A DNA stretch of 64,000 bases from Chlorokybus atmophyticus. Taxonomy: Eukaryota; Plantae; Mesostigma and Chlorokybus algae. The stretch is from positions 109,034 to 173,033 of the forward strand of contig RHPI01002990.1 of NCBI GenBank assembly GCA_009103225.1, read 5' to 3'. The position numbers were made by a program, and so were the translations under genes. The notes beneath the pieces were generated by a model that made no database searches, was not told the origin of the DNA, and saw only the letters and a list, made by a program, of their open reading frames with translations. Shown one piece after another: positions 11,879-23,272 of this stretch (the first letter of the stretch is position 1; each line of letters begins with the position of its first letter).

Positions 11879-13314
11879 ATGTCTAGCCAAGGAGGGGATG
11901 ATGTGGAGAAGTCCACATCATATAAGCCATCGAGTGAAGAGGAAGTGAACTACTTTAACATGAGTGAAAGCTATAAGCTCACGGACGGTGAGAAGGAATG
12001 AGCTAAGCAAGACAGCGAAGCTTCTCCCAACCAGTCTTCTCAAAGTGGACCAGCTGCAGTGGATACACAGAGTGTCATTGGCGGGGCCATTGAGAAGTAT
12101 GCCTCAGAGCGTAAAGCTCCACTTGCTGCCCACCCTCTGCTTCGTCAGGAAACGTGGGATGCATGGGCGCAGACGGTTCGTGATGGCTATGACAGACTTT
12201 GCCACACTTCCTCGTGCAAGCAAGGAGAGATGGTGATCCGCATGCTCGAACATGAGCTGACGAACAACATCCCGCCACTCGTGCGAGATGATCCAAAGGT
12301 GGCTGCTATCATGACCGTATATTATAAGCCTCTCCCTTACCAAGGCAAGCGGATGGCGTTTGAGGCTTTGGCTAACTTGGGAGTGGAAACCTCACCGCGT
12401 TGCAAGGATGTGTTCTGGTACTTGGGACCTAACTTGGAAGATAAGTTGACTGGCCGAGTGCAGTTGACGGCACGCCTCGATGCTATGCAGTCTGAGTTGG
12501 TGGCGCTGCGCCAACTGGTGGCGGGTGCTACTTCAGCAGGTCTGCCGGTGACAGCGTTGAACAAGCCTGAGAAGTTCAAGCCTAACGGCAGCGTCAGCAT
12601 TTACGACTGGGTGGTCACTGTCGAGCACTACTTGACGGCACTCAAGCGCCCGGTTAATGAGCACATTGCTGTTGCTGAGTTGCTCATGCCATCTGATGCT
12701 CTCGCCGAATGGGCGAGGCAGACAAAAGATGGTGCTGCCAAGACAGTGGAGGCACTTTTTCAGTTCTTGATGGCACGCTATGGTGGCATGGACCCGGCTA
12801 TTCAGGCTCGCAACAAGCTCAGCAAGTTGCGCCAGAATGGTCGGGCGGCCTCAACCTATCTGCAGGAGTTTTAGGCATTGGTGGGTCGTGCAAACAGCGG
12901 CCTCATGCTTATGGGCAAGGCCGAGCAGTTTGAGTTGTACAAGCGCGGCTTGGATGCGCGTGTGCGTGATCAGCTGCAGTACAACACGGCAACGGGACTT
13001 CCTTGGGTTCCAGAGGACTTGGCTAAGGTGCAGAAACTGAGCGTGTACCTGTACAATGATGACACAACGGTGCAGGACAAGTCACATGTGGCAGTTTCGG
13101 CCAAGCCGCCGGGGGTGGGAGGAAAGCGTTTCTCTCATCCGAGTGCACACCCGGCAAAGAAGGCGAAGACATTTGGTGCTTCTACCAGTGGCGCACCTGC
13201 TGGTGGTGCCATGCCTGCTGCGGCTCGCACCTGTTGTACGTCTGTCATCACCCTGGCCACATCGCAAAGAACTGCCCAACCAAGGGGAAGGGCAAGGCCA
13301 AGAAGGTCGAATAG
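11879..13314 (+). pseudogene. gag: gag of family B
   Basis: ATG at 11879; KPEKFKPNGSVSIYDWV capsid motif; frameshifted knuckle (CHHPGHIAKNC); internal stops at ~12000 and ~12873; TAG at 13312. Confidence 0.85.
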
Positions 13315-13660
13315 GACTACGCCGTGGCTGATGTAGAAGTGGTTGATAACCAGTTGCTTGTATTAGTAGCAAACTGGTTTGATGAGCTGTTCCAAGTGCA
13401 TGTAATGACACATGCATGGCAAGCACATAGCAAGTTGCCACTTTTTGATGTTGAAAAGGTGGAAGAGAATGCTTGTGTGTTGGTACATGTGGAGTTTAAC
13501 ATGCTTACCGATGTGTTGCACACGTTGACCGAGTTGCAAAGTAAGCACAGAACCTTAAGTGTGGTAGTAATGGTGCCTAAATATCATGGCCCATGGTTGA
13601 AACACACTCGAGGGGGAACTGTTTTGAAGCAATTCAACAAGCGTGAAATCAACAGGGACA
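13315..13660 (+). other. Extra ~115-120-aa domain between Gag and protease, possibly a degenerate N6-adenine MTase (Dam-like) fold
   Basis: Open frame in register with the gag stop; ...VLVHVEFNMLTDVLHTL...LSVVVMVPKYHGPW...GGTVLKQF; pattern similarity only. Confidence 0.45.
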
Positions 13661-16600
13661 GTACGATTGTCAGCAATTTTACTCAACCCTCGCATTAGTC
13701 ACGGACTCTTGGCTACATTTCAAGGACGGGTAGTACCTCTGTTGTGGACATTTAGTGGCACAATGCAAGGTGTAAACGGTTCATTCTTGATTGACACTGT
13801 TGCAACACACAATTTGGAGGAACAATGGGTTGTGCGATAAGATAGCGTGTAAACCCTCTGCATTTTCAGCTGCCGGTGCGGGGGGTGCGTTGCCAGTGAA
13901 AGGGGAAATAGAAATGAAAATAAAGATTGATAATTATCATGCCACGCTTACTTTCATAGTGGTATCCATCGACATATCAGGTGTTGATGTGGTATTAGGA
14001 CAGGAATGGCAAGAGAATGTCAAAATGACATTAGATACTGGCGCACGCTTGTGCACAGTAAAAAAAGGTTGTAAGCGTGTAACATTGTGTGTGAAAGGGT
14101 CACATAGCTTGGACCACAAGTAGCCCGACCCTGCGCTACTTACTGCACTGCAAGTGAAACGTGCGTTGCGCAAAAACACACCGGCTTTTCTGGTACACTT
14201 GACGTCGTCGAACGACTTTGTGCCGGGAAGTACAGAAGGTGTTGCATACATCATTGAGAAATATCAAGATGTGTTCTCAGATGAGTTGCCAGGTTTACCC
14301 CCTGATCGAGGTGTCGGACACACAATACCACTCATTCATGATAGTGAGCCTCCGTTTCGGCCTATATATAGGCTGAGCCCCCGAGAGAGGGGGGAAATGA
14401 AAACTCAAATCTAAGAGTTATTGGAAAAGGGGTTGATTGAACCGAGTTCTTCACCCTTTGGCGCGCCCATCTTGTTCGTGATGAAAAAGAATGGAAAGCT
14501 GCGCATGTAAGTGGATTACCGTGCTCTGAACAAGATTACGGTAAAGAATCGATACCCGTTGCCCTGGATGGATGATGTGTTTGATAAACTGTCGGGAAAT
14601 GCGTACTTTAGTACGTTGGACTTGACAAGTGGGTATCATCAAATCCGGATTCATCCTTCTGATGTTTACAAGACAGCATTCAGAACACCTTCGCGCCATT
14701 ATCAATACAAAGTGTTACCTTTTGGATTGACTAATGCGCCCGCAGTGTTTCAGAAGGAAATGAATAAGATTTTTGGTGGCATACTTGGCAAGTATGTTAT
14801 GGTTTACTTAGATGACATCATTGTCTTTAATAAAACTAAGGAAGAGCATAAGCAGCACTTGGAAGCGGTGTTTGTCTTGCTACGTACACATCGCTTGTTT
14901 GCCAACTTGTCAAAGTGTGACTTTTGCAAGACAGAGTTGCCATTCTTAGGGCATATTGTGGTGCGGGTGTCAAACCTGACCCTCGCAAAGTGCAAGTGGT
15001 AAAAGATTGGCCTCAACCTAAGAATATCCATCAGTTGCGATCATTCTTGGGGTTGGCAACCTACTTTCGCAAGTTTATGATGGGGTACTCTACAGTTGTG
15101 GTGCCTTTGACAAAACTGTTGCGAAAGGATGCCCCATTCTCTTGGACAGCGGCACAAGAAGCTGCTATGCAACAAGTGAAGCTGGCTTTGACTTCGGCAC
15201 TAGTATTGGCATTGCCAAATTGGGATAAACACTTCACTGTGATTAGCGATGCCTCCACCCTTGGGTGTGGTGCAGTATTGCTACAGGATGGCCGACCATG
15301 TGCTTATGAGAGTAGGAAATTCATCCCAGCAGAGGTGAACCACACTACCACTGAGCAGGAATTGCTTGGTATAGTGCATGCTCTTGAAACATGGCGATGT
15401 TACTTGGAGGGAGTTCAGTTCACAGTAGTGACTGATCACAACCCGTTGGTGTACTTCTTAACACAGCTAAACTTGTCGCGTAGGCAAGCTTGCTGAAATA
15501 TATTCCTGTCGCGATTTACCTTTGAATGGGTATACCGGCCGGGCAGAACCCACGTGGCAGATCCTCTGAGTCGCTGTCCGTCATTGTTGGCAGTTATGCG
15601 TGCGCAGTTGCTTGCAACGCAGGGTACATTGCCTCCTCCTGATGAGTTTGTGCAAGTTGTTTTATAGGGGTATGCATTAGACCCATGGCTCTCTATACAA
15701 GAGAATGTACAAAAGCTTGACAAAAGAGACAACTTGTATTATATGAGCGCCAGCATGGTGATACCTGACCATGCTGGGTTGCGCATAAAATGCATAGCTG
15801 AAGTACACAATCCACCGTATGCTGGGCACTTTAGGGGTCGCAAGACTACTAAGGCAGCGCGACAGTTGTACTGGTGGCCATCGTTGCCTGTTGACGTGAA
15901 GCATTATGTTGACACGTGTGACAAATGTCAGCGTGACAAGCCGTTACGTTAGAAACCCGCTGGGTTGCTGCGACCTTTGCCTGTTCCTAATGGCAAGTGG
16001 GAAAGTGTGAGTATGAACCTAATTACTGAGCTCCCGGAGACAGCATTAGGGCACACTGCGGTTGCAGTTTTTGTGGACCGTTTAACAAAAATGGTTCACA
16101 TTGTTCCTTGCCGCACGAAAATAGGCTCCCGTGAGTAAGCGATGGTTTTTGTCGCCTCTGTGTTTAAGTTACATGGCTTGCCTCGTAACTTCGTGTCTGA
16201 TCGCGATCCGCGACTTTGTAGCTCAGTTCTGGAAGACGCTATGCAACTTTTTACATATTCAACAGAACATGAGCACAGCTTACCATCCACAGACGGATGG
16301 TCAGACAGAGCGCGCCAATCAAGTGATTGAGGAAACCATCCGGCATTATGTGAATCCGAACCAATCAGATTGGGATGTTTATCTCCCAATAGCTGAGTTC
16401 GCGATTAACAATGCATGGCAAGAGAGTGTGCAGGAAACTCCGTTCTTCTTGAATTATAGAGTGCATCCACTGAGTCCTGCAAACATTAAGTTGCCCGCTA
16501 CCGACATAACTCGCGTACCTGCAGCACGCGAGATGGCTTCGGCCATGCAGGATAGGTTAGCGTTGGCAAAGGACTGTTTGCGCGCAGCGCAAGACAGACA

Positions 16601-17060
16601 AAAAGCCCATGCTGATGCGCATCGTAGAGAGGCCGACTACGATGTGGGCTGTTCGGTGCTTCTCAGCACCAAAAACATATCCATTAAGGAAGTGGGTACC
16701 CGCAAGTTTTTTCCTCGCTGGATAGGCTCGTTTAAAGTGATTGATCGGGTCGGCACTCACGCGTATCGTTTGGACTTGTCAAAATCGATACGCATTCACA
16801 ATGTGTTTCATGTGAGTACTGAAATCGTAGCGTTCTGACGGTCGGGTTCAACCTCCTCCACCCCCCGTTGCAGTGGATGGCGACGATACTTTTGAGTATG
16901 AGGTGGAAGCAATCCTGAGTCATCGTAAGCCTCGACGCGGACGCGCGCCGTCTTACTTGGTGAAATGGAAAGGGTATGGTGTTGAGTACAATTTATGGGA
17001 GCCCGAAAGGAATCTTACCAACTGCCAGGAGTTCTTCGGGGGTACTGGAGTACTGTGTCC
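13643..17060 (+). pseudogene. pol: pol of family B (PR, RT, RNase H, IN, chromodomain) with stops and frameshifts
   Basis: [55 protein letters not shown]...YLVKWKGY...WEPERNL. Confidence 0.95.
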
Positions 17061-17197
17061 ACACGCGGACGGTAAAAGGGTGCTGGCAGACATCTTTACC
17101 GCTTCGGCCATGATTCTCTTACTACTTTCGTTCCTTTGCTCGTGGGGGGGCTTTGCTAACCCTTCAATGAGGACATTGAAACTTAAGTGGGGGGGAA

Positions 17198-17532
17198 TGT
17201 AACGGTGTGCTACCTCCATAAAGGTTCCCCGCCCTTATTTAAGATTACATAAGGGTCCCAACGGGATCATACAGCCTATTAAGCCATATTAGGGCCGTTA
17301 ACTTATGTTAAGGCCCTAATGTAGTGTTACTTATCTATAACACCGATATCAACATGAGACTCATGTCTCATGGCAATATCAGCCGCATGGCGACGCTGCT
17401 AACGCAGCGGCCGCCATAGCCAGGGGATCTTCTGCTTCGGCAGTTGCCCCTGGCGGCGGCGTGGGCGACGTGGCTGATGGTGGTGTTGGGGTAGGGGATT
17501 AAAGGGAGGAGGGAGCACCCCCTCTCCTTACA
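17198..17532 (+). repeat. 3' LTR family B (335 bp)
   Basis: Follows PPT AAGTGGGGGGGAA; followed by the TSD. Confidence 0.97.
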
Positions 17533-18151
17533 GTCACCGCCGCCGCGACTCGAGTTTTGCGTGCATGCCTTCTAAGGGGCAGTTGTCGTCATGGTAAGGT
17601 TGTAGAAGTAGTTTTTAAGTAGCATCCACGCGCATGACTTGGCACGGTGGAAGTCGATGAGTTGTGGCTGTGGTGGATGACTTGCATGTTGATACATGCT
17701 TGCATATACACCTCCATTACCCATCTTTCGTACACGCATAGATAACGTGATGGCGCATCACATCCACGAGGACCTGAACTCGAGTTTTAAGATAAAACCG
17801 AACCCAAGCACTGTAAAATGGCTACAAAGACCCACCACGCAACCAGCTGTTAGCGCACCGTGCGCATGTACGCTATGTGTCTGTAGTCTGCAGTTTGAGC
17901 AGTACTAGTAAAGCACTGTGCGCAGGTATGCTCATTGCATGCGCGCATATGATAGCACAAAGTAAAAGTTTAGACGGTCTTACAAACTGTTTAGTTCTAT
18001 TCATCATATGCATATTCAAAGAGGTGCCGCACCTTATTGAGTGTCTATGGTGGTGTGGAGCCAAACTTGGCAAGGTGTGCGAGTGCCCACTTGCAGAGTA
18101 TCAAAACCATGCATGCACGCTAGCATACCTAGCATGCCTATAAGCAAAGAT

Positions 18152-18178
18152 TGATACAATCTGAAGTAAGAGTAAGCA

Positions 18179-18210
<32 letters not shown>

Positions 18211-21200
18211 CACATATGATTAATAATGTTTAATTCATGCAAGTTGGTTGCCATGCGGCCTTAAGCAGCAGCAGGGTTGTTGCAATGGGTAGATACTAGG
18301 TCGAGCAGCGGCATGCCATCCACTTGAAGATGGTGCCGAGCTTCAGCGATACTGATGGTATAGTCCGCAACTGGCTGACCATGACGATGATGATGGCTCA
18401 AGTGCCGTCAATAAGTTCAGAATTTTCATGTGCGCATCTGATGGAAAAAATCGTGATACCTCATGTCTAATGACAATACAAATGCATGCCGAGTTGTGAA
18501 CAATACCGCGCTATTGACATCAAACTATGACTTTTTATAAGCGATTAATATGATGGATTACATTATATAGTTGGCCAAGCTAAGAGATGATACGGCAATT
18601 AAAAACGTGTGTGTATTGATGCAAATTGCCTCAACAAGTCAATGACAAATTGCGAGGAAACGGTTTTTATACTCAGTACACCCTTTGTGTTATTGCCCAT
18701 GGGTGGGGGCTTGGAAAACTATAAACCTCATCAAAACCTCCACATGTAATTGCCTTCTGCTCACATGGCCTAGTGCTAGGCCATGTGCTGATGGAAAATG
18801 CTTAATGTTGGAGTTTGACATGGTGGAGGAAGGTCCTTTCTTAAATGCTACATTAGAAATAAATCTTTGTTCAAGGGTCATTGTCCTCACCTCCTAATGG
18901 TGCTAGCATGGAGCTGTGACGGAAGAAAAGGCGAGAATTGAAGCTACACCAAGCCTTGAAGGGAATAATGCACAACATTTAAGAACTCAGCAATGCAAAG
19001 TTTCGCATTTGCAATCCAAGTTTGACAATTGTTGAATTTACTTTAACGTTTTCACTAAGTTAGCAAAGCCATATCAGCTTCTTATGCTTCAAAGTTAACC
19101 ACTTGAGTTGCTTGAAAAGCCCTACGTATGACGCAAGTGCTGCATAAATGTCACGATTTTATTAGTAGTATACTTCAAGTGTGTTGAAAGGATGGGAGAA
19201 AAGCTGTTCTTTATGAACGAGCAATGGGTTGAAAGATTCACAACACTTACCAGTGCGTACGCGCGCAAGTGTAAAAACTATATGGCAGCATGAGCTTAAA
19301 ATCATTTAGAGTCGTCCTCAATTGTCCACCCCAAGTGCACAATCGACAAAATAAACAACAACAACATTATATATATATATACATATGAGGCTGACGCTTA
19401 GTATTCTTGTAAACCGATATAAGCAACAAATGTGCAAAATTGTAAGTCCATTGACTCAGTACATGAAGTTGCAATTTGGTAAGCATTGATCCAAAATACT
19501 CAATATAGTATCAGTCCGTATAGTATAATATACACTTATGCATACGGTTATGCAAGGTCATTTACAGCATTTGTATAGCCTAATTAAAATAGTTAAACTG
19601 TTAAAAATATTGCAGCATTGAGTGTTCCAATAGTCAGAAGCGCGTCGTATTGCTCACATTGAGTGGGAAGAACATAAGTTCTACTCGGTCGCTTACAAGC
19701 TCCTTGTCATTCAGCGTCTTGAATTGTTATGAAAAATAAGGCATATTTATCAAACCGTAACATCTATCACAAAGCTAGATCAAAGGTGTATGCACTTTAT
19801 AAAAAGTAAACCAATAGGTTGACCGATGGTGCTGATGATTATTAGGTCAATAATTACGGGGTTATGTGCTGGTGAAGTTGCAAGTGTTGTGAGTGATATA
19901 AGGTACCAGCGACTGTCCATGGTGACATAATGCGTGAGAGTTCTGATCGCACTATGGCAAATATGTTGGCAAAACTAGTTTGTAATGTGGGACCAACCTG
20001 CTATGATGTCACTTACGAAAAGGTGGTTTGAACCCAAGTGCCTACCATGAGGAAAGCAGCTAAGAGAAAGAGACGTGAGGTTTCATTCCAGTGAAGCCTT
20101 GGAATTGATTATAAGCTCTCCTTGGCCCACTTCACTGTCATGATTCGAGCATTTTCAATTGTAAGTAGGGACCAATCCAAGATGGTAACAATGCGATTGG
20201 ATTAAGTGATGAGTCATCATTCGGTTGTGAGGACGGTGCTGGAGGTGTTTAGAACAATGCATCAGGTAAAACTCATTACCACATTTGTGCAGGCGCGCTC
20301 TTCCAAGCATAGCTCATGTGTGCAAGCTGACCAGCACGGTTGTTGCAAGCTTTCATGGTGCGGAATTGTTAGAAGGAGCGAAGGATTCCCCGAAAGATTG
20401 GGCTTTGGTATAATTATAAGGGCGCAAAATTATATTGCATCATACGTTGATCGAAAGTGAATCAATTAATGAGCATTAGGGCCGAGTAGTTATCAATTAC
20501 TTTGATGCTGTTAGTGGAAACATAAAATTCCCTTGCGATCATTGGAGTCCGCGGCCATAAGTGAGAGCGTTTGAGTCGAGAAATTTTCGGGAAGTCATAA
20601 AAGTCCCAAGTTCTTAGCTTCCGCTTGTACGCATACTGTCGGGTCGAGGGGAGTCGAGGGTCACACTGTCTCGGGCCGCTACAAGAAGAGACATGCTGGC
20701 TAGCCCTGTCGCTGCAACATGTTATAATATGTTGCAACAGTAAAAGATAACCCAGCTCGTATGACGAGGAGTGCTTGGTGGAGCTGTTCCGCTGCCGCTG
20801 GGTCACATGGACATGTGGAGGCGGTGCCCTCCTTAGTGTACATGCTGTGCTGTAGGACACATAGTCAACAAGCCACTACTATAGGTAGTGCTGTTTACAC
20901 AGTTCTTTGCATGAGCGGAACATGTGTCACACTGTTAAGTGAGGTGAATGAGCAAGCAACACGTGGATACTATGCTCTGACGGATGCCAACAAACACACT
21001 GTAACCAGGCACACCAAGCTCACAGTGATGACGAGCACGATGCACACACCAGCATGCACATGCTCTCACACAGTGAGGGGGTTCTTGGTAACCGGGATGG
21101 CGTGTTCGCAGTTCAAGTCGTTTCACAAGCTCTTAGCTTTCTCACTCACAGTGTCACCAGCTGATCCGGTGAACACTATGACTACTTATACAAGTCAAGT

Positions 21201-21285
21201 CATGACTGACTGAGAACATAAGCTAATGGTCATATCGAGGCTATTTCCACAGCGATTGTCACTCGATATAGAACACAACTTATAA
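18152..21285 (+). repeat. Duplicated block B, copy 1 (non-coding, partly AT-rich); copy 2 at 29791-32929
   Basis: Colinear near-identity starting at TGATACAATCTGAAGTAAGAG; includes a (CACG)n(CA)n microsatellite at ~18176-18213. Confidence 0.95.
20637..20875 (-). repeat. 239-bp LTR module of the DNMT-Ty3 family (also 32281-32519 and 33115-33353)
   Basis: TG...CA ends; the 33 kb copy directly abuts a PPT. Confidence 0.75.
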
Positions 21286-21469
21286 AAGAAATCACAACTG
21301 AACAGCTACGCACGGTGCCTATGTAGGCTTTGTTCGTGAGCTACTCTAAAGTCATGGCCTAGCTACTAGTCCGTGACGCGCGCGCGTTGGTATGCTGGTA
21401 GGCCGGGCGACGGTTTCGATGTAGACATGCCCGATGAAGGCTGGTATGTGTGGGCACTAGGCATGACAG

Positions 21470-23272
21470 GCAGGATGTGCAAAGAACGCGAATGCGGCTG
21501 ACGAAGATGATGGCAAACTGCAATGTGAGCATGTGGATAAAGGTTACAATAGTAATAATGTGTTACCTTGCCACCGGTGTTGCAAAGGGCCTCCAAGCCG
21601 CTTTCAATCCCGCCGAGCAGCTTCAGCAAGGTGATGCCTTGTTGGCGTCGCGCTGCACCAAAGTCCACGACTCTGGTGGCGACGGTAAATTGTTCTGCAA
21701 TAGGAACATTCTCGTAGTCGTCTAAAATGCAAATAGTGAGATTGCATGGTGGTTGTTGATCAACCATGTGAGTACTTGAGCCCATTCCCGGGGCTGCGAT
21801 GTGGTCGCAGCATCCCTTTGAGTGTGGCGCCTTCGAAACCTTGTTATTGCAACATTCTTTCAAAGGCATTGTGCATCAGGCGTGTGTGCAACCGCTGCTC
21901 CCCATGCGTTTGCTGACCAGGCCACTGAGGGTGTGCTCCTTGTTCAAGATACCCCTTCCATAGTTGGCGCTGGTTTGCTGGCCAGTTATTGGTCATATTG
22001 ACGCCGAGGGCAGCGATTTCCCCCTTGAAAAATCTGCTCAACGCCTTCGTTTGAGGAAGCATGCTGCGCTCCCAGTCCTCGTCGGTTGGGTGCTGTGGTC
22101 TGTTCACTCAAATGTTGCCATAAGCTTCAGCGCGGGCGTCATTGATGACAACACTAGGTGGCGCTTTCTCGATGTCCCGCTGCAGATCTTCTTAGTTTTG
22201 CTCGCGGCGGCGGACCACGTATTCTTGCTGTTAATGAAAGTGACGAGCCTGATCTAGCGCGTAGAAGCGGCGACACTGCTCACGCCATGAGCACGTAGCC
22301 AATTTTGGATCGCTGCCCAGCGAACCAGCAGCAAATGCTCTTAACAGTTGAACCATCTCCAAGTCTAGGCCGTCGAAGTGATCCAGGTTAGATGGCTCTT
22401 GATCGGGTGAGGGCAGCATTGGGGGATGCTATGGAGCCAACCGATGACGATTTAACAGGTCCCAAAACATGGTGAGGGTCTCGTCGATGATGCGAAGGGT
22501 GCGGCAGTCGTGGCCCAGCTCCTGGCGGTGGAGAGGGCATTGTTTACACCATGTAGAATGGCATTCTCATCAACGCTACATAAACCGGTCCCCCCCAATG
22601 TGCGCAGGTGTGATGGGCATGTGTGTGGTGGACGTATTGGCTCATATCTAAGCCAAGGGGAAAGAAGTTGCTGGCACCTCGGCTGCGGCGGTTGTGGACG
22701 AGGAGGGCCCTGCTCCTATGGTAGCCATGGTAGTCGTGGATGGTTTGGCCATGGTGGTTTCCAAGGCAGGCGTGCTGGCTTGGGTGGTAGCTACAGCGCG
22801 TGATGGCTAAGCTGTAGTGTCATTAGCGGCGATGTTTGCTGCCGATGAGGTTGCTGCAGCAAACTCGGCAGCGAGGACAGTTGAGGTCGCAGCGATGGTG
22901 CCGCAAGACTTTCAGTGATGGCGGCTGCAGCTGCTGTCGTTGCTGCTTGTGTTGCAGCAACTATTGTGGGGTCGGCAAAAGCTTCCACCGACGCAAAATG
23001 CAACTCCGAGGCATCAGCAGTGGCAGATGATGAAGCCGTTGTTGTTGCTGCTATTGTCGCCGGTTGGCCAGCAGAACCAGTTGCGCCACTTGTCGTGGAT
23101 GGGTCGGCGTCCTCTCGAGCACGTCGTGGTGGTTGTATGCGAGTTGGCGGAAAGACTTCTGTAAACTTCACTCCCATTGCTATCTACCTTGCTGTGTGAC
23201 ACGCGTGGTACTCCTCTTCCCTACCCTTCAGCATCACGTGAATTTCGTTCATCCGTGCTCTGAGAGCCGCAT
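21470..23272 (-). pseudogene. Internally deleted remnant of a second, divergent DNMT-Ty3 element (pre-protease domain plus DNMT N-terminus)
   Basis: RRQQGITLLKLLGGIESGLEALCNTGGKVTHYYYC matches 43.7 kb RRQQGITVLELFGGIGSDLAAVLNTGATLTKYFYC. QTKAL..GEIAAL..NQR..KGYL matches 45.6 kb QTRAL..GVIAPL..DQR..RGYL. Confidence 0.8.

Larger units (their letters stand above)
10602..17532 (+). mobile_element. Full-length Ty3/Gypsy chromovirus, family B, both LTRs, 5-bp TSD GTCAC; coding region decayed
   Basis: TSD at 10597-10601 and 17533-17537; LTRs 10602-10939 and 17198-17532; PBS 10941-10952; PPT 17185-17197; gag-PR-RT-RH-IN-chromodomain order. Confidence 0.97.

Noticed and set aside
20761-21213. 150-aa ORF duplicated at 32405-32857
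   Set aside because: Spans the LTR module and spacer; conserved only because the DNA block is duplicated; no motif.
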